Assembly: GCA_964291315.2 (NCBI GenBank)
Contig: OZ219753.1
Coordinates: forward strand, 736,001-800,000
Origin: Candidatus Poribacteria bacterium
GTDB taxonomy: Bacteria > Poribacteria > WGA-4E > WGA-3G
Length of the DNA: 64,000 bases
Reading direction: 5' to 3'
Shown: in pieces, positions 55,710 to 64,000 of the stretch
Numbering within the stretch: position 1 is the first letter of the stretch
How the letters are laid out: every line of letters begins with the position of its first letter
Notes under the pieces: model-generated
What the model saw: the letters and a program-made list of their open reading frames with translations, nothing else
Told to the model about the DNA's origin: nothing
Databases searched by the model: none
Position numbers and translations under genes: made by a program

Positions 55710-58700
55710 TCAAGTTGTAGGAGTTACTTCGGATGGGAGGTTCTCAATAATTTTGGCGGATTCAACGCTCATATAGACGATGCGTCTTATGGCGGTGATG
55801 AGGTCGCCGGGGTCCTCAAACCAACCGTTTGCGTCGTTAACGATTCCGCTGTCGCGGTCCCGTTTGATGCGATACCGGTCAATAAACCACTCTAGCGGTG
55901 TTCTGCCGTTAACGACATATTGGTGTGCCTCTTTTGGGATCCTGGCTAATTGGATGTATTCGTTGATGATGAGCGTGTGCTTTGTTTTTTTATCGGCAAA
56001 CCGCATCGCGCGCGTTCCGAGTAGAAAGTGCTCGGGTTTTACTCCGTAGAATAGAGAAAGGTCCCGGGGCTGGACTTTAAGCCCTTGATACTTTTGACAG
56101 GTTTCATAATTGAGGTGCAGTTTTGCGAGTGCTTTCCCAGCTTCAGCAAAGGCGCGAAAGTCTGGTGCGAATGGGATGCGCGGCAGCATTTTGGATAAAT
56201 CGTTTGCGAATCGTTCGGAATAACTGGGTGCATGCAGAATGCCGTAGACGTAGTCGAAGATGTCGTCTTTTGTGAGCGCCTCATCTTTGTAATGCTGCTG
56301 AAAGGCGCGCAGGGCGGTGTCTGAAATGTTGTCTACGCGCTCGGGTTGGCATGCGCCCGTTATCTGCTGTGTCTCTGAGGGTTTCGGATATCGCCACCGT
56401 GGGAAACATTGCGTTCCGGCTTCGTTAAGGTTAAGGTCTGCCATTACATCGGTTATTAGAACGGAAAAGTGGGTCTTCCATCCCTTGCCGGGGACACAAA
56501 TGACACGGTTTTCACTTGAATCTTCGGGGAACATTCTATCTATCAGTCCTTTTCTAGTAATAAAGGTGTAATCCGCGTAAAAATGAGTGGCAATGAAAGG
56601 GCGATACATACATCTTCTGATATACTTAGCATCGAAGGCGGTTTCTGTCTTCTTTTTCAAGTTATCCTTGAGTTCTTTATTCCATTTGACGTTTTTTGTG
56701 TAGTGTCCCGCCACTTGATCTGCTGTGCGTTGAGGGTTCTCCGAAAATTCGCGAAGTGCGGATAGATAGTCTTGTGTCATCTGTAGCGCGTTTTTGGCAA
56801 GAGTATCCCGTGAAAAATTGTAGACGTATGCGTCTTTGCCTGTTGACATTCCTGGCGAATACAGTTGAAGAATGGCATCATCCGTCTGACCTGCTTTTGT
56901 TTCTTTTGTACCGATCGGATAGAACGTAGCGAACGCATCGGTGCGCTGCTTAATCCAATCGTGGTGTCTATCGGGCGCGATGGTTTCCCAACCTGTGAAA
57001 CCTTTTATAGAGCCCGCTTCTTCTAGTGCTGCCAGCTTCTGCTCGCGGGTCAGATAATCGCCGATGTCTCGGTAGTGGATTTTGCATTCGTTGTGTGCTG
57101 CGTTTGAGTTCTTAACGAGGATTGTGATGGCCACGGGTGCGCGTGAACCGCTGCCAAATATCTTTCCACCCTCCCGACGTGATCTTTCCCCTTGCGTCCG
57201 CTGATCTCCGCGCAGATGCAGGACGTGGATTGAGCTGAATTCCTCTGCCAAGCACGCCCGAACGCCTGAATTCGACGTTCCTTCAATCCATGAGCCGTTG
57301 GTGACAAATGCGACGATGCCGTGTTGATTATTAATTCTATCGGAGGCCCAGCGGATTGCCATTTTGTAGGTATCGTAGAGGCTATTTTTCAGCTGTGCCG
57401 TGGAGCGCGCAGTATAAGTTTCCCTGACCCGCTCCCCAAGTTCGGGATATGCCACGTTTGGGTTGTTGTCTGCGGAACTGCGTTGTCCTGCTGACCAGGG
57501 CGGATTGCCGATGATCACTTGAATGGGGAGCTGCTGTTGCTGCTCGGCGCGCTGGTTGTTTTCTGCCATAAGGTCTTTCGGGAAGAGAGTGGGGTCTTCT
57601 GTTTTGTTCAGGTTGAAGGTGTCGGTCAGCACAATGCCGTCAAAGGGTTCGTAGCGGCTATCTCCGCCGCGCTGTGTGCGGAAGGCTTCTTCGATGTTGA
57701 CAGAGGCGATGTAGTAGGCGAGCAGGAGGATTTCGTTTGCGTGGAGCTCCTCGCGGTATTTGCGCTCAAGATCTTCTGGTTGGATGAGCCCGGATTGCAG
57801 CAGCTGCACCAGGAAAGTGCCGGTGCCGGTGAACGGGTCGAGGATATGCACGCCTTCGTCGCTGATAGATTTTCCGAATTCTGCTTGTAGTACCTCATTG
57901 ACGGTATGCAGGACGAAATCCACAACGGGTATGGGGGTGTAGGCGATCCCGAGTCGTTCAGACTCTTTTTTGAGTGCCTTCTTGAAAAATTGTTCGTAGA
58001 GGTCTGATAAGACGGTTTGTCGTCCTGCGGTGCTGTTGAGTCCGCTGACGCGGGTTCGGACGCTGTGATAGAAGGGTTGCAGGTCGCGTGTTTCGCTGCC
58101 GAGTCCGAATGTTGCGAACTGCTTTTCCAGGGCGTCTAGGGTCTGAGCGACGGGGTTGCCTGCTGAGAAGTCGTAGTCTACGAAAAGCGCGTCGAAGACG
58201 GGGCTGGTCAGGATGTGCTGTGCGATCATATCGATGGCGTTTTCGCGGGTAATTGAGGCGTTAATGGTCTCTTTAAGTTCTGCGTAGAAGCTTTCAAATC
58301 GTTGGTTGAGGGCGCTATTTTCGGGGTTTTTCAGGAGGTTCACGATTCGGTCGACGAGTCGGTTGAAGATGTGTGCGACGTCCTTTGCCCAGTTTTCTCA
58401 GTATCGTTTGTCGCCGCATTTTTCCACTATTTTTGAGAGGATGGCTTCTGCGGGAATTTCGATGGGTAAGAGAGTGAGTTGTTTGCCGGGCCATGCGGGG
58501 TCTTCGTCGCCTTTCCCGCCGATCACGATGGATTCGGGGAGCTGTTTATTGAGGTCGATGCTGTTAATTTTTGCGTCGAATCTGTCGTCGTGTGATCGGA
58601 GTGCGTTGAGGACGCTCCAGACGTTAGAGAATCGTTCGTTGTCGTTGAGGGCTTTTGCGGGGTCGGTATCGTCGGGTATAGCGACGGGCAGAATGACGTA

Positions 58701-60518
58701 TCCGTATTGCTTTCCTGGTGCTTTTCGCATGACGCGTCCGACTGCTTGCACAACGTCTATGTGGGATTTTCGGGGTTTATAGAAGATGACGGCGTCGAGT
58801 GCTGGGATGTCGATTCCTTCGGAGAGACATCTGGCATTTGAGAGGATTCTGCAGACGCTGTCGTCTTCATCTTCGCTCTTGAGCCAATCGAGGCGTATTT
58901 TTCTGTTGAGTGCGTGGTCTGTTCCGTCGACGTGCTTGGTTTCGCAGTGGAAGTTGTTGGGCTGTTCTTCTTCTGGGAGTTTTTCGAGGGCATCTTCAAC
59001 GACAGCGTTCCAATAATTGGCGAGTGCCTTTGATTCGCTAATTTTGTTTGTGAATGCGATAACGCGTCTGAGGGGTCTCAGCGTTTGGTCATCAGTGTGC
59101 TTGTTCTCGGGATTTTGTAAGGCGCGCCAGCATCCGATAATTCGGGTGGCGTCGTTGATATTAATTTCGCTGCTGTATTTGCCGGTATCGCCGCTGAGTT
59201 TATCGGTGACTTCATTTTCTGATATGCCGAAGATAGCGACTTTGTAGTCGGCGAGTTCCCCGATTTCGACGGCTTTGGAGAATCGGAGTCGGTGGAATTC
59301 GGGTCCATATTTTTCTTGGTCGTCCATAGAGAAGACTTCTGCGTTATAGTCTGCGGCTTTTTTCTTGGTGGTATCGGCATGAATTCTGGGCGTGGCGGTC
59401 ATATAGAGGCGTTTATTTGCGTGAATTCGGTTGGCATCGTGGACGAGAATAAAGGGCGAGGTTTTGTCGCCGGGTGTATCAATACCGGTGGTTCTGTGTG
59501 CTTCATCACAGAAAATTATATCAAAAGGTGGTGCGCCTTCGGCTTGTGCGGTTTCAATTAGCGGTAGCGACTGATAGGTGCAGAAAACGACTTTCATTTT
59601 ATCGCTGTCAGCGTGCTGCAGTACCTCGGAGATTGCGGCTGGGTCTGTGGTAACGGGGATTTTCAGTTCTTGGATAGACGAGTCCTCGGCGGTGTTTCCT
59701 GCGCGTGTATCGGAGCAGATGCCGATGTAGCTGTGGGGGCGTCCGCGTTGTTCTGAGAATTCACGCATTGCTTGTGAGAGCAGGCTGATAGAGGGGACGA
59801 GGTATAGCACGCTGCCGCCGGCTCCGGCGATGTATTCAGCGATGTTGAGGGCGGTGAAGGTTTTGCCGGTGCCGCATGCCATGATAAGTTTGCCGCGGTC
59901 GGCTTGTTTGAAGCCGTTGATAACGTCATCAAACGCCTCTCGCTGATGGTCCTTTAGGTGGAATCGTTTCTGTTTGTAGGTGAGCTGCTCTGGCTCCTGG
60001 AGGCTCAGATCGGGCCATTCGAAGGGGCTGTTTTCAAGGTCGCTGAATCGGATGATTCGGAATGTCTCTTTTAGGGGTGCGATTGTTCGGAGGGCGTTTT
60101 GTCCTATTTCGCCGCCTGTATGGACGAGGATTTGTGAGTTAAAGAGGTCGCTTGCGGAGGCGGAGATGAATGAGTCGATATCAGGTTTTGAGATGCGTGT
60201 GGTTTCTTCGTAGCATTTGCATTGAATGGCGCAGCGTCCGCCGTCGTGTTTTTCTGCGACGAGGTCGATGCCGATATCTGTGCCGTCGAACTCTGATCGT
60301 TGTGCTGCCCATTCTTTCCAGAGGTAGACTTCGGAGAATTGTTCTTTATAGTCTGGGTCTTCGGTGAAATATTTCTGCATCAAGCGTTCGAAGAGTTCGC
60401 CCTTTTTTCTTTCGGATTGGGCTTTCTCGCGGATATACTCAAGGACTTTTTGGAAGCCGGTGTTGGTCTGCTGACTTCTGGTTTGGCGGTCTAGATAGTT
60501 TTGTGTTGCGTTTGGCAT
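55710..60518 (-). pseudogene. Type ISP restriction-modification enzyme (Mrr-like nuclease, SF2 helicase, MTase, TRD) split by an in-frame TGA at 58398-58400
   Basis: ORFs 58398-60518 (GIDLVA, AIQCK, MACGTGKT, DEAHRT, QAVGRVMR) and 55710-58343 (DPFTGTG, NPPW) share one frame, joined by KRY*ENWAKDVA. Confidence 0.88.
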
Positions 60519-60793
60519 AGCGGGTTTTCACTTTCCCTGTAAATGTGACAGGATATGAATACGGATAACGCGGGTTTGATAAATATGGGGCTTATCTTTG
60601 ATAAAAACCCCTTGCACAACCTAAAATATAGGTATAGTGAGAGAATGTAGGTATATTTTAGCATTTATTAGGGTAACTTGCAAGTGTGAAGTTTGTGAAA
60701 AATAAATGTGGCAAGGAAGGGTCAAGGCTGCTATAATTATCTTAAAGTTCTTTTTATTAGTTTTAACGTTACAAATAGATAAAGAAAAAATAG

Positions 60794-62206
60794 ATGAGGA
60801 GGAACAGCAATTTGCACTACCGAAAACCGAATGTGTGGAGCGGTTTGCCAATCAAAACTGGGTATTCAGAAATTGGGAGGTTTGGGAGCCGAAATTTGCT
60901 ATTCAAAGGTGGGTTATTTATCTGGCTTGTTCTGCTTGCATTTCCGCTTCAGGCGCTTGCGGGCGATTGGCCAAGCTGGCGTGGCCCGAATCAAGATGGT
61001 ACTTCTGCTGAGACTGGGTTGATCTCGGATTGGTCGGTTGAAGGCGAAAACCTGCTGTGGAAGACAGCATTTGTAGGGCGTTCTACGCCGGTGGTCCTTA
61101 ACGGCCGGGTATACGTCATGGGTCGCGTCGGCAAGGATATTACTGAGCAGGAGCGGGTGGCTTGTTTCGATGCGGAGACCGGTGAGCTGCTTTGGAATTA
61201 TCAGTTCAACGTTTTTCACACCACAATCACTTTCAATCGGGTTGGTTGGACGAGTCTTGTGGGCGATCCGGAGACGGGTCATATCTATGCGCATGGTGTG
61301 CAGGGGCTCTTTTTCTGTTTCGACAAGGACGGGCGTGTTCTGTGGTCTCGTTCGCTCACAGAAGAATATGGGCGGATATCGGGTTACGGCGGTCGCGTTC
61401 ATACGCCTATTCTTGCGGGTGATCTCGTTGTGATTAGCTTTCTCAATGCGGGTTGGGGTGATCAAGCGGTTACTCGGCATCGTTATTTCGCTTTCGACAA
61501 ACGGACGGGTGAGCTTATCTGGATTTCAACGCCGGGTGGTAGGCCCTTAGACACGACTTATTCTACCCCGGTTGTGGCTGACATTAACGGTCAGCGGCTG
61601 ATCATCGGTGGGAACGCTGATGGCGGCATCTACGGTATGCAGCAGAGTACGGGTGCGATGGTTTGGGGATTTAAATTGAGTCAGCGGGGCATTAACACGT
61701 CTGTGGTGGTTTCGGGATCGAAGGTCTACGCCTCACACAGCGAAGAAAATATAGACAATACTGAGATGGGTCGCGTTGTGTGTATAGATGCGACGGGTGC
61801 TGGGGATGTCACTGAAACGCATGAAGTTTGGCGGTATGATGGTATTAATGTTGGTTATGCGTCGCCTGCGCTTCAGGGTGGGCGGCTCTATGTTGTGGAT
61901 AATTCTGCCAACGTTCATGCGTTTAATGCTGATACGGGGGAGCGGCTCTGGTTACATAACATCGGTAAAGTCGGGAAGGGTTCGCCTGTTTGGGCAGACG
62001 GTAAGCTCTATGTTCCGGAAGTCAACGGGGTATTTGTTATTCTGCGGCCTGGTGAGACGAGCTGCGAGACGCTCAGCAGCGAGGAGATAGATCGGACAGC
62101 CGAGGATCATTACGTTGAAATTTTCGGTTCGCCGGCTATAGCGAACGGACGGATTTACTTTACTACAGAAGAGCACCTCTATTGTCTTGGGAGGAAGACG
62201 GACTGA
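60794..62206 (+). CDS. PQQ-binding-like beta-propeller (BamB-like) protein
   Basis: DWPSWRGP and repeated D..TGE..W blades. Confidence 0.85.
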   Translation: MRRNSNLHYRKPNVWSGLPIKTGYSEIGRFGSRNLLFKGGLFIWLVLLAFPLQALAGDWPSWRGPNQDGTSAETGLISDWSVEGENLLWKTAFVGRSTPVVLNGRVYVMGRVGKDITEQERVACFDAETGELLWNYQFNVFHTTITFNRVGWTSLVGDPETGHIYAHGVQGLFFCFDKDGRVLWSRSLTEEYGRISGYGGRVHTPILAGDLVVISFLNAGWGDQAVTRHRYFAFDKRTGELIWISTPGGRPLDTTYSTPVVADINGQRLIIGGNADGGIYGMQQSTGAMVWGFKLSQRGINTSVVVSGSKVYASHSEENIDNTEMGRVVCIDATGAGDVTETHEVWRYDGINVGYASPALQGGRLYVVDNSANVHAFNADTGERLWLHNIGKVGKGSPVWADGKLYVPEVNGVFVILRPGETSCETLSSEEIDRTAEDHYVEIFGSPAIANGRIYFTTEEHLYCLGRKTD

Positions 62207-63126
62207 TGCGAATTTCTATTCTGATTTATGGGTTGTTGATTGTATGTGTGCTTGCCGTGGGTTGCGCGAAGAAAGAGATACTCCCCGAGCCCGTGGCGCT
62301 GTCGACGGCTCCTGCTGTTTCACTTCTGATTACGCCGGCTGAGGCGCTTACTTCTGGTGAGCCGGTTGAATTCAGTGTTATCGGTTTTGATGCGAACGGC
62401 GAGCGGACGAGTGGTTTGGTTGCGTTGGCGTGGACGCAAACGGGTTTAAGCGGTATCTTGCGAGACAGTGAATTTACCCCGGCTGCGGGTTCGGTTGCGC
62501 ATGCGGGCGAGGTTACCGTGCAATCGGGTGCTATGAAGGCGATGGCGCGGGTTCGGGTCATTCCGTCTCTTCCGTGGACGGAGGATTTTGAGGCGGTTGC
62601 GCTGGAAAAGATTCCGACGCATTGGATTGGTGCGGCTGGCAAATTCTTTGTGCGTGAGAGAGATGGGAACAAAGTCTTGGTCAAAACGCCTGCGAGGGTC
62701 GGTTTAGACCGGTCTAATGTGTATATTGGTCCTGCGACGATGACGGGTTATCAGATTCAAATTGATCTGATGGGTACAAAGAACAGGCGTAAGTTGCCGG
62801 ATATGGGTCTCATAGCAAATCGTTACACGTTGGATATGCAGGGTAGGCATCAACGTTTGCAGATTCGTTCTTGGGCGTCGGACTTACGGATGGCAGAGAC
62901 GATTGATTTTTCTTGGGAGACGGATGTCTGGTACACAATGAAAATGATGGTAGAAATTACGGATGACAAGGCGTTGATTCGTGGCAAGGTCTGGCGGCGC
63001 GGTGATCCTGAGCCGGGTGAGTGGACGATCACAGCTGAGGATCCGTTGCCGAATCGCGAGGGGAGTCCGGGTATCTATGGTTATTCTCCGGCGAATATCT
63101 ATTATGACAATCTTAAAGTATGGTAG
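62206..63126 (+). CDS. putative lipoprotein, beta-sandwich domain associated with PQQ-propellers
   Basis: LAVGC lipobox; TGATG coupling with the upstream gene. Confidence 0.65.
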   Translation: MRISILIYGLLIVCVLAVGCAKKEILPEPVALSTAPAVSLLITPAEALTSGEPVEFSVIGFDANGERTSGLVALAWTQTGLSGILRDSEFTPAAGSVAHAGEVTVQSGAMKAMARVRVIPSLPWTEDFEAVALEKIPTHWIGAAGKFFVRERDGNKVLVKTPARVGLDRSNVYIGPATMTGYQIQIDLMGTKNRRKLPDMGLIANRYTLDMQGRHQRLQIRSWASDLRMAETIDFSWETDVWYTMKMMVEITDDKALIRGKVWRRGDPEPGEWTITAEDPLPNREGSPGIYGYSPANIYYDNLKVW

Positions 63127-63172
63127 CACTAGATAATAGTGTGCGTAATATGAAGACAAAGGAGTTGTTGAA

Positions 63173-64000
63173 TTGAATTTTTTTTGGAAATCACGATGTG
63201 CTGGCATCATAAAGCTTGTGGTTCTTTTTAGTTTTGCGGTAGCTGCGGCTTCGGCAGAGGAAGAGATTGCGTTGTGGGGTGGCACGTTGAGTCGTAACAT
63301 GGTCTCTGAGGAAGAGGGTATCGCGGCGAGTTGGGATTTAGCGAGCGGTGAGAATATTAAGTGGATGGCGGAGCTCGGTTCACAAAGTTATGCGGGGCCG
63401 CTCATCATTGGTGGCAAAGTTTTTGTTGGTACGAACAATAAGGCGCTCCGCAATCCGAAGTTGACGGGTGACCGCGGGGTCATCAAGGCCTTTAACGAGT
63501 CGGATGGCAAATTTCTGTGGCAGTCGACGCACACGAAATTGACCTCTGGGCGGGTTAATGACTGGCCGCTGCAAGGCATCTGTTCGACGCCGTTTATTGA
63601 GGGCGATCGGCTCTATTACGTTTCTAATCGTTGCGAAGTTGTCTGTATTGACACAGAAGGGTTTTTGGATGGTGAGAACGATGGTCCATTTACTGAAGAG
63701 GCTGAAACGAGCGAGATAGATGCGGACATTATCTGGGTTTATGATATGATGGCGGAGTTGGATGTTTTCCCACATAATCTTGCTACGTGTTCCCCGTTGG
63801 CTGTCGGCGATCTTCTGTTTTTGGAAACAAGTAACGGGGTTGATGAGGGGCATATCCATATTCCTTCCCCGGATGCGCCGTCTTTCATCGCTTTGAATAA
63901 GCAGACGGGGGAGCTTGTGTGGGAGGATGCTTCGCCGGGAGAAAATATACTGCATGGGCAGTGGTCAAACCCGGCTTATGGTGTCATCAATGGTGTTCCG
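63173..64000 (+). CDS. PQQ-binding-like beta-propeller protein (3' truncated by the window)
   Basis: AAAGGAG-N8-TTG; WGGTLSRNMVS, NIKWMAELGSQSY, KVFVGTNN, HGQWSNP. Confidence 0.85.
   Translation, partial: MNFFWKSRCAGIIKLVVLFSFAVAAASAEEEIALWGGTLSRNMVSEEEGIAASWDLASGENIKWMAELGSQSYAGPLIIGGKVFVGTNNKALRNPKLTGDRGVIKAFNESDGKFLWQSTHTKLTSGRVNDWPLQGICSTPFIEGDRLYYVSNRCEVVCIDTEGFLDGENDGPFTEEAETSEIDADIIWVYDMMAELDVFPHNLATCSPLAVGDLLFLETSNGVDEGHIHIPSPDAPSFIALNKQTGELVWEDASPGENILHGQWSNPAYGVINGVP

Noticed and set aside
58398-58400. TGA recoding (Trp/Gly code or selenocysteine)
   Set aside because: Other genes here end in TGA (38697, 41129, 52791) and Trp is TGG throughout; the position is a Trp site, not Cys.
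1038-63955. Numerous overlapping antisense or alternate-frame ORFs in the track (e.g. 1038-1853, 15686-16309, 33944-34714, 63380-63955)
   Set aside because: They overlap well-supported genes, have no motifs, and are expected from the biased codon usage.

Overview
Bacterial chromosomal window, standard genetic code, with a strong G+T bias on the + strand. Gene content (FGE-sulfatase surface proteins, Rpn, PQQ-propellers, CotH-LTD, GTAG REP-like hairpins) suggests a Poribacteria-like organism; this is inference only. Core blocks: rpsB-HAD-tsf-frr-cdsA-dxr-rseP-UDG-priA (pyrH and uppS absent), trpS, mqnE-mqnA-fur, iscU-like/iscA, sbcDC, ECF sigma/anti-sigma/RseB. Accessory highlights: (1) two tandem secreted FGE-sulfatase/C-type-lectin-fold genes whose last ~129 nt show the NNC codon signature of diversity-generating-retroelement targets, although no RT or template repeat is in the window; both have a conserved upstream ORF with a poly-C tract and a conserved downstream hairpin; (2) a head-to-tail duplicated Type ISP restriction-modification locus: a full-length copy split by a TGG>TGA stop, plus an in-frame doubly deleted MTase-TRD-only copy with different predicted specificity loops; (3) an Rpn nuclease gene with an internal RBS/ATG followed by a tandem copy of its C-terminal cassette; (4) an octaheme HAO-like cytochrome with a pseudo-symmetric 4-His membrane partner; (5) a ceruloplasmin-like two-domain multicopper oxidase beside an Fe3+ ABC transporter; (6) an orphan DUF1156 methyltransferase. 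No rRNA, tRNA, cas gene, RT or transposase was recognised. All calls were made by eye, without database searches.
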